Positions 18,768 to 29,627 of a stretch of 64,000 nt of DNA are shown piece after piece. The stretch's first letter is position 1. Each line of letters starts with the position of its first letter. Source of the DNA: Candidatus Marinacidobacterales bacterium (GTDB lineage: Bacteria > Acidobacteriota > Vicinamibacteria > Marinacidobacterales > SMYC01); contig OZ250169.1 of the NCBI GenBank assembly GCA_965237955.1, positions 7,136,001 through 7,200,000 of the forward strand, given 5' to 3'. A model generated the notes under the pieces. The model was not told the origin of the DNA, ran no database searches, and saw only the letters and a program-made list of their open reading frames with translations. Made by a program: the position numbers and the translations under genes.

Positions 18768-19967
18768 CTAGCCGGCGCGCTGCTTGCCGAGAACGCGGCC
18801 CTTCTTCTGGAGCTCGGCGAGAAACCTCTGGAACTTGAAGAGATCGGCGCCCTCGACGTGAATGATCTTCACGCCGATCTCGTAGGCATCGTTCTCCTCT
18901 TCGACCCGAACGACGCGCGCGGCGCAGTTCCACGTCTTCGACTCACGAGGTAGCCGCAGCTCGAGCTGCACGATGCCGCCCACGACGAGTCGCCGCCGCG
19001 AGCGAAACAGTAGACCACCTTGGCTGACATTCGAGGTCGTAAACGTGAGCGGCGTCTTCTCCAGAACCTGAAGCTTTCCATCCACCGCGACGTCGAAGCG
19101 GACGAACTCACGCCGCTCGTCCGAGAACGCTTCCACCCGATTCTTGCCGAACGCCTTGGCTCGATAGAGGGCGGCATCGGCTCGTGCGATGAGGTCGTCG
19201 GTGTTGGAGGCGTCGGTCGGTACCGTCGCCACACCGATGCTCACGGTGACTCTTCCGAGCGGCTGGGTGTCCCCACCGGTAAACCGAGCACGCTCGATCC
19301 TGAGCCGCATGTTCTCCGCAGCGGTGAGAGCGCCGTTTTTGAGCGTCGTCGGAAGGATAACCGTGAACTCTTCCCCGCCGTAGCGGCACACGACATCGAC
19401 CTCGCGAACGCATTTGTTGAGCACGCCGGCGAGCTTCTTCAACGCGGCGTTTCCGGCGAGATGCCCGTTCTGATCGTTGAACCACTTGAAATCATCGACG
19501 TCGATCATCAGGAGCGACATGCCGCGGTCGTAGCGACGCACCCGCTTGATCTCCTGTTCGATCCGGTGCTTGAAGTAGCGGAAGTTGTAGCTCCGAGTGA
19601 GCTCGTCCACAATCACGGAATCCTCCGCCTGCTGAAGGAACTTGATCTCGACGATCGCCGGGTTGCGCAGCTTCTTTTGGACCTTCAGAAAGTAGTGCAC
19701 GACGACGACACGGAGGTCGAGCCGCGAGCCCGTCCTGCGATCGAGCTCCTCCCAAACGTCGAGGACCTTCTGCCAGTGATTTTTCGCGCGGCGGGGGGCG
19801 AAATCCAGATGGGCGAGGATGTAGAAGACACTCCGGTACGCGTCCGCCCCGTATTTCTCCTTGAGCTGCAGCAGGCGGCGTTTCCACGCGCCGCGGCCCT
19901 GGAGGCGCTCGAGCGAAGAGATGATCTTCTTAGACAGATCGGAGCTCTTGGTCGTCAGCTCGGGCAT
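18768..19967 (-). CDS. diguanylate cyclase with C-terminal PilZ domain
   Basis: DVDDFK..ND..GH..G, REVD I-site, RYGGEEF; PilZ motifs RREFVR and NVSQGG. Confidence 0.9.
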   Translation of the reverse strand: MPELTTKSSDLSKKIISSLERLQGRGAWKRRLLQLKEKYGADAYRSVFYILAHLDFAPRRAKNHWQKVLDVWEELDRRTGSRLDLRVVVVHYFLKVQKKLRNPAIVEIKFLQQAEDSVIVDELTRSYNFRYFKHRIEQEIKRVRRYDRGMSLLMIDVDDFKWFNDQNGHLAGNAALKKLAGVLNKCVREVDVVCRYGGEEFTVILPTTLKNGALTAAENMRLRIERARFTGGDTQPLGRVTVSIGVATVPTDASNTDDLIARADAALYRAKAFGKNRVEAFSDERREFVRFDVAVDGKLQVLEKTPLTFTTSNVSQGGLLFRSRRRLVVGGIVQLELRLPRESKTWNCAARVVRVEEENDAYEIGVKIIHVEGADLFKFQRFLAELQKKGRVLGKQRAG

Positions 19968-20096
19968 GAGATTCCAGACCCCAGTTGGTGATTCGAACAG
20001 TCTTATGGTTTGCAAATAGGATATCAAAATGCTTCCAATTGTTCACTGGCCGCCACGCGCTTGTTGGGTTAGAGTGCCCGCCTCAGGAGGGTCGTC

Positions 20097-21401
20097 ATGA
20101 GAAACGCTTTATGGGCCGTCGTTTTCGGCGGATTTATTGGCCTCGGCTGCGCCACGGAACAGGCTGAACAGGATGACCAGGCTGCCACGCCTGACGGGAG
20201 CCAGGCCTTCGTTGGCGCCACCCTGTTCGACGGTACCGGCGCGGACACGATCGGAAACGCCGTCATCGTCGTGCGGGATGGCCGGATCGAGGCCGTCGGC
20301 TCCGCCGATGCAGTCGAAATCCCAGCGGGTGCCGAGCGCATCGACGTTTCCGGAAAAACAATCGTCCCCGGCCTGATCAACACCCATGGCCACGTGAGCG
20401 CGGTGCGCGGGCTCGAAGGCGGCCACTACAACGAGGACAACCTACTCCGACAGCTCGGACTCTACGCGCGCTACGGCGTCACCGCGGTGAACTCTCTCGG
20501 CGGTGACGGAGCCGAAGCCGTCGCACTTCGCGACGCCGAGGACGCCAGCCTCGATCGAGCGCGGATTACCGTCGCCGGCGACGTCGTCACCGGTGAGACC
20601 GTCGAAGAGATCCAAGCGGCCGTCGACGCGAACATCGCTCTCGGCGTGGACTTCATCAAGATCCGGGTCGACGACAACCTCGGCACCGGAACCAAGATGA
20701 CGTCCGAGCTCTATCGAGCAGCGATCGACCGCGCGCACGACAATGGCATGAAGCTCGCCTCGCATTTGTTCTACCTCGAAGACGCCAAGGGTCTCCTGGA
20801 AGCGGGTACCGATTTCGTCGCCCACAGCGTGCGGGATCAGGAAGTCGACGACGAGGTCATCGCCCTCATGAAAGAGAAAAACGTCTGCTACTGCCCTACG
20901 CTGACGCGCGAGGTGTCGACCTTCGTGTATGAGTCGGTTCCGGAGTGGTTCGAAGACGCGTTCTTTCTCAAAGAAGCGGACCCCTCCGTGCTCGATCAGC
21001 TCAAAGACCCCGAGCGCATGCAGGGTGTCCAAGACAGTTCGGCGGCGAAGAGTTACAAGAAAGCCCTCGCAATCGCCATGCCGAACCTGAAGAAAGTTGC
21101 CGACGGCGGCGCAACGATCGCCTTCGGTACCGACACCGGACCTGCCGGGCGGTTCCAAGGCTACTTCGAGCACATGGAGCTCGAGATGATGGCCGACGCG
21201 GGTCTGTCGCCAAAGCAGATCCTGATGTCGGCGACGGGTGATGCTGCGATGTGCCTGGGGTTCACGGAAATAGGAACACTCGAATCTGGAAAATGGGCCG
21301 ATTTCATCGTCGTGAGCGACAATCCTCTGAAGGACATCCGCAACATGCGAAGCATCGACGCTGTGTATATCTCGGGCAATCGAGTCCCGGACGAAACTTG
21401 A
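20097..21401 (+). CDS. amidohydrolase family lipoprotein
   Basis: Lipobox-like GLGC, PGLINTHGH, FGTDTG, GKWADFIV. Confidence 0.9.
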   Translation: MRNALWAVVFGGFIGLGCATEQAEQDDQAATPDGSQAFVGATLFDGTGADTIGNAVIVVRDGRIEAVGSADAVEIPAGAERIDVSGKTIVPGLINTHGHVSAVRGLEGGHYNEDNLLRQLGLYARYGVTAVNSLGGDGAEAVALRDAEDASLDRARITVAGDVVTGETVEEIQAAVDANIALGVDFIKIRVDDNLGTGTKMTSELYRAAIDRAHDNGMKLASHLFYLEDAKGLLEAGTDFVAHSVRDQEVDDEVIALMKEKNVCYCPTLTREVSTFVYESVPEWFEDAFFLKEADPSVLDQLKDPERMQGVQDSSAAKSYKKALAIAMPNLKKVADGGATIAFGTDTGPAGRFQGYFEHMELEMMADAGLSPKQILMSATGDAAMCLGFTEIGTLESGKWADFIVVSDNPLKDIRNMRSIDAVYISGNRVPDET

Positions 21402-21439
21402 CGGCAAAGGAACTAATCATGCGGACACCAACGAGAGAT

Positions 21440-21851
21440 TACTTTCTTCACCGCCGACCAAAAACGTAAGGCGATTCAGGTCAACAAAGGCGCCCGCCAA
21501 ATGATGGAGTGGGCAAGAAAACATGACCTGCTCATCGTCTCCGGCGGCGACATGTTCGGAGCAGCCTACGCCAACCGCCAGGCCGACAACATCATCATGG
21601 TGGGTGAGGTTGGCTTCACCCCGCTCGAGGCGCTCAAGCAAGCGACGTCCAACGCCGCGATCGTGCTTGGGTGGTCTGGCGGAATGAATCCCTACAAGGA
21701 GGGCTCGCTGGGTGTGATCGAGGAAGGAGCCTACGCGGACATGCTTCTCGTCGATGGTAATCCTCTGGAGGACCTGAAGGTGATCCGCGACTACGAGAAC
21801 AACTTCAAGGTCATCATCAAGGACGGGAAGATCTGGAAGAACGAGCTTTAG
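21440..21851 (+). pseudogene. C-terminal remnant of a second amidohydrolase
   Basis: TPLEALKQATSNAA, LGVIEEGAYADMLLVDGNPLEDL, IIKDGKIWKN; no HxH N-terminus. Confidence 0.75.
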
Positions 21852-22010
21852 TGGCTCGTCGCGCCCCCAACACCATCGCGTGTGCTGCCGCGCTCGCCGT
21901 CACGGTGCAGCCTGGCTGGTCGCAGGAGCCCGATCCAGAAGCGGACCAGCACGGGCCGGAGCAAACTCAACCTCGCGCGAGTTTCGGGGGGCCGGACGGG
22001 ACGTCGCAAG
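21851..22010 (+). pseudogene. N-terminal remnant of a secreted protein, possibly a carbohydrate porin
   Basis: Coupled start, signal peptide, FGGPD motif, then loss of coding character. Confidence 0.35.
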
Positions 22011-22089
22011 TCCGGCGAAACGGGGGAGGGACACTTCGAGAAATCTCGTCTCTCCTTTACATGCAGCCACACAACTTGAGAGGACGAAA

Positions 22090-22118
22090 TTGACTATAGT
22101 GGATGACCATGGTACATT
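22090..22118 (+). promoter_or_regulatory. sigma-70 promoter with two palindromic operators (TA autoregulation)
   Basis: TTGACT-17 bp-TACATT; ACTATAGT (22093-22100) and ACCATGGT (22106-22113). Confidence 0.7.
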
Positions 22119-22125
22119 TTTAGCG

Positions 22126-22365
22126 GTGAAAGAGGTCAGCGTCTCCAAGTTCAAGGCGACCTGCCTCGAGCTTTTGCGCGAAGTCCAGGAGACTGGGCAG
22201 TCGATTCTCATCACGAAGCACGGCAACCCCGTCGCCGAAGTCCATCCGCCTCGACCGAAACGCGCCCGTAGCCCGATTGGCATCATGAAGGGCCGCGGAG
22301 AGATCTTGGGAGATATCGTCTCGCCCGCCGTGCCGGCCGAAGAGTGGGAGGGTCTCAAGAAGTGA
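22126..22365 (+). CDS. Phd/YefM family antitoxin
   Basis: VSVSKFKATCLELLREV..TG..ILITKHGNPVA; GTG start. Confidence 0.9.
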   Translation: MKEVSVSKFKATCLELLREVQETGQSILITKHGNPVAEVHPPRPKRARSPIGIMKGRGEILGDIVSPAVPAEEWEGLKK

Positions 22366-22757
22366 AGCTTCTTCTCGACACCAGTGTGTTCTTGTGGATG
22401 GTGTTCGACGAGCCCAAACTCGGCCGAAAAACGAAACAGCTATTGGAAGCGTCGAGCACCGAGCTCTGGTTATCCCCGATCTCACTTTGGGAGTCGATGC
22501 TGCTCGACCGCGACGGCAAGCTTCGGCTCGAGCCAAATCCGCTTCGCTGGGCGCGCGATACCCTGGCGGCCTTTCCGTTCCACGAAGCTCCGCTCAATCA
22601 CGAAGTCGCGCTTTGTACCCGTGGGATCAGCATGGAGCACGAAGACCCCGCAGATCGCTTCCTCGCCGCCACTGCGGCCGTATACAATCTCACCCTTCTC
22701 ACCAGCGATGAGCGCTTGCTCGAAGGCCGCGGCTACTCGGTGCTCGCAAATGCCTAG
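22362..22757 (+). CDS. vapC: VapC PIN-domain toxin
   Basis: LLLDT, SPISLWE, H.DPADR, LLTSD; GTGA overlap with the antitoxin. Confidence 0.9.
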   Translation: MKLLLDTSVFLWMVFDEPKLGRKTKQLLEASSTELWLSPISLWESMLLDRDGKLRLEPNPLRWARDTLAAFPFHEAPLNHEVALCTRGISMEHEDPADRFLAATAAVYNLTLLTSDERLLEGRGYSVLANA

Positions 22758-23070
22758 ACACAGAATAGAACTCGATACAGCGATGCCATGCCTTCACTGT
22801 CACCGGTTGTGACCTGATTCGGTAATCGAATCGTGCGTGCCGGCCGTCTGCTCCAGCTAAAGTTATACAGCTCGGTCCCCGCGAGGTCACGTTCTGCAAG
22901 TTGATCGGGGAAGCGCCGGAGCCCGAGCGTTGCCAATATACGTAGTACAGGAGACCCCGATTGATCGGGAGTACCGTTTTCCTGGGCACCAGTCGCCGGC
23001 GTAGAGCCACTTACTCGCGACGACCATCTGGTTGCTTCCCGATCGACCGTCGTTCTAAGATCGCCACGCT

Positions 23071-25700
23071 GTGTCCCTCGAACCTGGTCAGAAGCTCGCC
23101 CACTACGAGGTTGTGGAGCCCATCGGTAAGGGCGGAATGGGAGAGGTCTACCGCGCGCGCGACACCAAGCTCGGCCGCGAGGTCGCCATCAAAACCCTCC
23201 CCGAAGCCTTCTCCCGGGACAAGGAGCGCCTGGCCCGCTTCGAGCGAGAAGCCCGGTTGCTCGCTTCGCTGAACCATCCCAACATCGCCACCATTCACGG
23301 TCTCGAGGAGTCGGATGGTGTGTGCTTCCTGGTGATGGAGCTGGTGGAGGGAGAGACCATCGCGGAGCGAATCGGAAGCGGCCCTTTGCCTCTGGAGGAA
23401 TCTCTCGCCATCGCGAAGCAAATCGCACAAGCGCTCGAAGCGGCCCATGCGAAAGGAATCATTCATCGGGATTTGAAACCGGCGAACATGAAGATCAAGA
23501 GCGACGGTCGGTCAAGGTTCTCGATTTCGGTCTGGCAAAGGCGCTGGAAGGCGCTACGCCGAATCTGGACGATTCCAACTCCCCCACGCTGACGCGGGCT
23601 GCTACCCAGGCGGGCGTCCTTCTCGGAACGGCTGCCTATATGAGCCCGGAGCAGGCTCGCGGCGAGCCGGTCGATAAGCGCGCCGACATCTGGGCCTTCG
23701 GCTGCGTGCTCTACGAGATGCTCACCGGCAGGCGGGTCTTCGAAGAAGATACGGTCTCGGACACCCTCGCTGCGGCTCTGAAAACCGATCCCGGTTGGAA
23801 CGCCCTTCCGAAAGACACCCCTCGCGGCCTTCGGAAGTTGCTGCACCGCTGCTTGAGGAGAAGCGCGAAAGAGCGCCTCCAGGACATCGGCGATGCGCGC
23901 ATCGAGATCGATGACGCCCTCTCCGAGCCGGAGGAGCTTGCGCCGGAGGCGGCCGTATCGAGCCGCCAACCGGCGCTGATCGTTGCGGCAATCTCCACTC
24001 TGGCTGGGCTTGCGCTTGGGGCCGTTGTCGCGTGGTGGGGCGTTTCGACGGGCTCCGTCGACATGCCCGTGCGGACCTTCCAGCTCGTTTCGGAGGATGT
24101 GCTGGACGTGTCGGCTCGTTATTCTCTGCCCGCGATCTCCGCGGACGGGAGGAGAGTCGCGTTTGCCAGCGGCGGCCGATTGTGGATCCGAGACCTGGAC
24201 CAGCTCGAGCCACGCGAGCTCCCGGGGACCGAAGGGGCGCGCCGGCCGTTCTGGTCGCCCGACGGCGAGACCGTCGGCTACGCGGTGGGGAGGGAGCTTC
24301 GCAAGATCCCCGCGCAGGCAGGCACGAGCACGCTCATTTGCGAGCTGCCCGGACCCTTCATGGGCGGGAGCTGGGGGGCCGGCGGGAGGATCGTCTTGTC
24401 GACCCCCGTCCGCGGCCTATTCCAGGTCCCGGCAACGAGCGGTGAGCCCCGCTCACTCGCCGTGCCCGATCGAGCCCGCGGCGAAGCCGGTTTTCATTCG
24501 CCGCAATTTCTCCCCGATGGCGAGACCCTCATCTTCAGGGTGCGGACGCGCGATCGGGAATTGTACACTCTCGGGCTGCAGACCGGAGGAACGCGAAAGG
24601 TCCTCCTTCAGGTCGATGGAGCGGTTCAGTCGCCGGTCTTTTCCCCCTCGGGCCACATCGTCTTCCAGCAAGATTTCCCCAACCGCGGCATCTGGGCGGC
24701 TCCGTTCTCTCTTTCGAGCCTGTCGCTGACCGGCGATCCTTTTCTGGTCGTTCCGGATGGGATCTACCCGAGTGTTTCGGCGGACGGCACGCTCGTCTAT
24801 GTTTCCGGAACCCGGTCCGTCGGAGACCGGCTCGCCTGGGTCGACCGCCAGGGGAACCTCCTCGAGACCTTCGGCCAACCTCATGATCAGATGCGGGCTC
24901 CGGCCATTTCCCCCGATGGCCGCAAGGTCGCGGTGATGGGACAAGAGAAAGGCAACCGCGACATCTGGGTGCATGATGCGACGCGAGACACCCGCACCCG
25001 GCTGACCCTCGCCCCGGCCGGAGAGTACGACCCGGTCTGGTCGCCCTCGGGAGATCGGATTGCGTTTGTCGCGGAAGGGGGCATCTTCGTGAAGGCAGCG
25101 GACGGTAGCGGTGAGGCCGAACCTCTGGTCACCGAAGAGGGGCCGCGACGGGTGATGGAGCCGAGCTGGTCGAGAGATGGGAAGTATTTGGCCTATACCA
25201 CCAACCGGGATGTGTGGTATCTTCCGCTCGACGCCGCGGAAAATACGCGCGAGCCGGTCGCTTTCTTGACAACTGCCGGCATCAGAGAAGGAGCAGCCCG
25301 ATTCTCTCCCGACGGACGGTATCTGGCCTACGCATCGGAGGAGTCGGGACGGCCCGAGGTCTACGTCAAGCCCTTCCCGGAAGGCGACGATCGCTGGCAA
25401 GTTTCCGTCCATGGAGGTGCCCACCCCCAATGGAGTGGTCGAGGCGACGAGATCTTCTATTTGGAGGAGAACACCCTGATGGTCACCTCGGTGCGGACCG
25501 AGCCCGACTTCTCCGTCGGTATTCCGCAGAAGCTCTTCTCGGGCGAGGGGCTGCAGGCGGAGCTCGCCGCCTTCGGCGACGCCCGCTATGACGTCGCGCC
25601 CGACGGGGAGCGGTTCGTGATCGTGAAGACCGTCTTCGAAGGTGAGCCCGCCATTACCGCCATCCAAAACTGGCCCGCGATCCTCGAGAAAGGGCGATGA
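23071..25700 (+). pseudogene. Ser/Thr kinase - TM - TolB-like PD40 propeller, frameshifted near 23510
   Basis: GKGGMGEVY..HRDLKPAN in one frame, VKVLDFG..SPE and WSPDG repeats in the next; adding one G gives 876 aa. Confidence 0.85.
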
Positions 25701-25759
25701 GCAGCGGAATGGAGACCGCGGGCTTTCCGCGATGACTCTCGGACCGTCCCCTCGTACGT

Positions 25760-26048
25760 GAGGCGACCTCGCCCGGGCCTATGCGTTGGCGGGTAAGACG
25801 ACAACAAACGGCGCATGCTGGAAGGGCTAGAAGAACTATCGAAGAAAAGCTCTGTTCAGCCATTCTCGGTAGCAGTTCTTTACAGAGGTTACCGCAAAAG
25901 CGACCACGCCTTCGAGTGGCTGGAGGAAGCGTATCGGCACCGGAGTGGACGGTTGGCCTGTCTCAAAGGGAACCTGACGCTTGACCCCCGTCCGCCTCGT
26001 TCAGAACTGGTTCGAGAGCTGAAGCGGCTCGTTCCGAGGGACAACTAA
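25760..26048 (+). pseudogene. decayed C-terminal TPR remnant
   Basis: LARAYALAGK and AFEWLEEAYRHRSG.L..LK...LDP resemble the C-terminus of TPR kinases/regulators. Confidence 0.6.
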
Positions 26049-26096
26049 ACGCTCCAGCGTTAGGTCGTTGCCCCAACACCCCTCTGAAATCGCCTG

Positions 26097-26185
26097 ATAT
26101 AACGACCCAGGTCAGCTGCGAGCGGCGTCAACTTTGGTTCGTCAAGTATGAGGACGCCGATCGTCAGCTGCACCTGATGTTATAT
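26097..26185 (-). other. integron attC-like recombination site
   Basis: ATATAAC...GTTATAT cores; arms CAGGTCAGCTGCGAGCGGCGTC / GACGCCGATCGTCAGCTGCACCTG with two unpaired bases (26164, 26171). Confidence 0.75.
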
Positions 26186-26464
26186 CGCCGTGCGCGGTCA
26201 TTTCACGTCGGTGCCTCGAACGTGCGTCCCCGGGTGATTACGACTTACTGTGTGAAGCGAACAAAGCCGAGCTAGCAAATGCCGGATCAGCTCCATTGCG
26301 AGAGAAAACAAGCTATGTTAGCGGCGGGCGTAAATTGCACACTTATGGCGGACGAAAATTGCACACTCGGCCATCCGTAAAAGGAGGCCGTTGTCGTGTG
26401 TCTGGAGTGCCAGACATGACGGCGCGCCTTCAATCAGAATGGCGTTTCCGGAGTGGAGGCGCCG

Positions 26465-27508
26465 ATGTACGGAAGGGAGAAACGAGTGTTACTACGAGAG
26501 TATTTGGAGCAGGGAATCAAGAAGGCGGCGCTAGCAGACAAGCTAGGAATCAGCCGCCGAACGGTCCACCACTGGATAAAGACGGGTCAACTGGACCGAG
26601 AGTTGGACGAGGAAACGGTGCGCTACAAGAAGCGTCCGCGGATCGAGCGCAGGATCGACCCGTACCGGGAGATCCTTCATTCGCGCCTGCACGAGTTCCC
26701 GGAGCTGAGTTCAGTACGCCTGCATGATGAGATCCGTGCCGCGGGCTATGAAGGCGGCTACACGCAGGTCAAGGAGTACGTGCGGCAGATTCGCCCACAG
26801 CCACCGGCGGAGCCGCTGGTGCGTTTCGAGACCTCACCAGGCCACCAAGCTCAGGTCGATTTTGCACACTTTCGTTTGCCATGGGGTCGTCGGTGGGCAC
26901 TTCTCGTGGTGCTCGGATACTCGAGGCTGCTATGGCTTCGGTTTTTCAAGCGACAGGACATGCGGACGTTGTTCGCGGGGCTTGAGCAGGCCTTCCTATT
27001 TTTTGGAGGAGTTCCCAAAGAGCTCCTTTTTGACCAGATGCGTTCGGTCATCGTCGAGGATCACCGCCGGGAAGGTGGCCCTCTCGTTGAGAACCCAGAG
27101 TTCGTCCGCTTCGCCCACCACTGGGAGTTTCGAACAAGAGCGTGTCGCCCGTATCGGGCGAAGACCAAGGGCAAAGTGGAAAGGCCAATCCGCTATGTGA
27201 GAGGAAGCTTCTTCTACGGTCGCCACTTTATCAACGATGACGACCTCGATGCTCAGCTCGAGCGTTGGCTGAGTGACGTCGCCAACGTCCGACTCCATCG
27301 CACAACCAACGAACGACCGATAGAACGATTCGCGCGCGATGAAAGGGCCACTCTGAGACCGCTCGTTGAGCGGCCATATCGCTCTCTTGTACTGCCAAAC
27401 CAACCCGCGAGAAGAACTCCAAAAGCCTGCTTAACCACACTGCCTTCGATGGATGTCGAGCATCGTCCCCTCGAAGTCTACACGCGGCTCGTTGGAGGTG
27501 GACAATGA
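26465..27508 (+). CDS. istA: IS21 transposase IstA
   Basis: HTH, RFETSPGHQAQVDF, LFDQM, KGKVER. Confidence 0.95.
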   Translation: MYGREKRVLLREYLEQGIKKAALADKLGISRRTVHHWIKTGQLDRELDEETVRYKKRPRIERRIDPYREILHSRLHEFPELSSVRLHDEIRAAGYEGGYTQVKEYVRQIRPQPPAEPLVRFETSPGHQAQVDFAHFRLPWGRRWALLVVLGYSRLLWLRFFKRQDMRTLFAGLEQAFLFFGGVPKELLFDQMRSVIVEDHRREGGPLVENPEFVRFAHHWEFRTRACRPYRAKTKGKVERPIRYVRGSFFYGRHFINDDDLDAQLERWLSDVANVRLHRTTNERPIERFARDERATLRPLVERPYRSLVLPNQPARRTPKACLTTLPSMDVEHRPLEVYTRLVGGGQ

Positions 27509-28332
27509 AGGCGAGCACAATATCGCGACGTGAGCAGATCCGTACGATGCTGGCCGACCTAAAGATGCCTGGCGCGCTCGAAGCTGTCGACCGCGTACTA
27601 TCTGATGCCGATGGCGGTGCGGTCACAACGGCGGAGGCCATCGAGAACCTTCTTGGAGCGCAGATCACGTTGAGAAACAACCGTCGTCTCCAAGCGGCGA
27701 TGCGCTCCTCACGACTCCCCGCGGTCAAAACAATCGATGAGTTCGATTTTTCGTTCCAGCCATCGATCAAACGCGAGCAGATTGAGAACCTTCACGAGCT
27801 CGGGTTCGTTGAACGTAAGGAGAACGTCGTCTTATTGGGACCTACTGGTGTGGGCAAAACTCATCTTGCCATCGCCGCTGCCCAGAATGGACGGCGCGTC
27901 TATTACGGCACCCTGGCTGAGCTCATCACCTCCCTCGAAGAGGCTCGTGACGCGGGCCGCCTCACTCGTCGACTCGCGGTTCTCAGTTATCCGTCACTGC
28001 TTGTTGTCGATGAAATCGGATACCTACCCGTCACCCAGACCGGCGCGGTGCTTTTTTTCCAGCTCATAAGTAGGCGATACGAGCGCGCTTCGACCGTGCT
28101 CACCTCTAACAAAAGTTTCGAGGAATGGGGCGAGATCCTTGGCGACGAAGTCATGGCCGCCGCTCTCATCGACCGCATTCTGCACCACTGCCACCTCGTC
28201 AACATCCGAGGAAACAGTTACCGCATGAGAGAGCACTCCGAACTGTGGCGAGCGCTCCATCCGGCGGGTTCGGACGAACCTCACCCGCCGGCTAAATCTC
28301 ATAGGAAATACACGGAGGCGACAGCGTCATAG
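27505..28332 (+). CDS. istB: IS21 helper ATPase IstB
   Basis: GPTGVGKT, LLVVDEIGY, LTSN, IDRILHH, GNSYR. Confidence 0.95.
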   Translation: MKASTISRREQIRTMLADLKMPGALEAVDRVLSDADGGAVTTAEAIENLLGAQITLRNNRRLQAAMRSSRLPAVKTIDEFDFSFQPSIKREQIENLHELGFVERKENVVLLGPTGVGKTHLAIAAAQNGRRVYYGTLAELITSLEEARDAGRLTRRLAVLSYPSLLVVDEIGYLPVTQTGAVLFFQLISRRYERASTVLTSNKSFEEWGEILGDEVMAAALIDRILHHCHLVNIRGNSYRMREHSELWRALHPAGSDEPHPPAKSHRKYTEATAS

Positions 28333-29269
28333 GGTTCGCCACCCATGGCTCGGGTGTGCAATTTTCATCCGCCATGAATGCGCAGTTTTCAGCCGGCGTT
28401 GACAAGCTAAAGCGATGCGGCGGAGCGGCTTGTCTTGCGGTCTGAATTGAGGCACCAAAAGGGTACGTTTCTGCTTGCGGGAAAGGAGGACGACAAACTT
28501 GGAATCTGTGGGGTTCGGGCCAACGGCCGCGATAACATCTGTAAACGAGGATCTGCAACGACGATCGTGTTTCGAGGTATTCTCACTGACGGGCTTCGAG
28601 GAGGAGGCGAACGACCCCCGAGGTCGAATCCGCTTCCGGAGCCGATCCGAATCAAGGGAACCCGATCGTCTACACAGTTGCCTTTGGCAACGTCGAGCAT
28701 ACACGGTTGTCACCTGATACGATCTGGGGCGGTTATCGCCGCTCTCGCCTCCAAACACATCATCCCCTAATGGAACTTATGACTTCGGCGATCCGATGGC
28801 CGGAAGCCGCATCGACTAGGTTTTTCGCACGAGAGGGGCCTGTGAACCAGTACCCAAACAAGAATCAGTGCGACATTTCCTCCGCGAGAGTCCGTTGCTC
28901 CCTCGTGAGAAACCCGTCCAGGTGAATACTTGTTTCCGTGTATATATCTTTGCCGGATTCGGTCGAAGCTGCGCGGCTCACCCAGTAGTAAGCTTTGACG
29001 AAATCAGTCGGCGAGTCGGGCCGATCGGACAGAAACGACAGCCCCAAGCGAAACCATGCGTCTGGGTCATTACCCTCAGCCAATTCGAGCAGCTCCTGAT
29101 GCGGCGGAAGGCCCAATGCCGGTTCTGAGGGACTCCATGGCTCCGAACGAATCCTCTTAACCACGACTACGAGCATCATTTTCACCTCGTCGCTTGCGTC
29201 CTCTGTTTCGGTTCAGCTGGAACATGACAGTCCTGAAGTTAAAATACGCACATGGAAAAAGGAGCTGTC

Positions 29270-29602
29270 ATGAGCAAAGGTCGTCGTCGTCACACTGCGG
29301 AGCAAAAGGCAGAGCTGTTGCGCCAGCACGTTGCCGAGAAAAAGCCGGTCTCGGAGGTATGCAACGAGGCAGAAATCCAGCCGAGCCTGTTCTACACATG
29401 GCAAAGGGAGCTATTGGCTGGAGCCCATACGGTGTTTTCGTTCCGTCGTGCGCCGAGCCGTGAGAAGGAGCTAAAGGAGAAGCTCTCCCGTCTCGAGGCG
29501 AAGGTGGCCCGTAAGGATCAGATCATCGCTGAGGTGACCGAAGAGTACGTGACACTCAAAAAAAACTTGGGGAAGCCTGAGTGGTGCCTGGATTCCCCAT
29601 GA
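29270..29602 (+). CDS. IS3 OrfA
   Basis: RRRHTAEQKAELL HTH, leucine-zipper-like tail, A-run at 29558-29565. Confidence 0.88.
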   Translation: MSKGRRRHTAEQKAELLRQHVAEKKPVSEVCNEAEIQPSLFYTWQRELLAGAHTVFSFRRAPSREKELKEKLSRLEAKVARKDQIIAEVTEEYVTLKKNLGKPEWCLDSP

Positions 29603-29627
29603 CCGTCGTGACGAGGTTGTCGACTTC

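Larger units (their letters stand above)
26316..28404 (+). mobile_element. IS21 family element
   Basis: TG...CA ends with repeated AAATTGCACAC-type boxes; 5-bp duplication AGCTA (26311-26315 / 28405-28409). Confidence 0.95.

Noticed and set aside
22760-23060. Short ORFs between vapC and the kinase
   Set aside because: No recognisable motif or RBS
28410-28860. Cassette ORF interrupted by IS21
   Set aside because: Joining the flanks gave no convincing frame or motif
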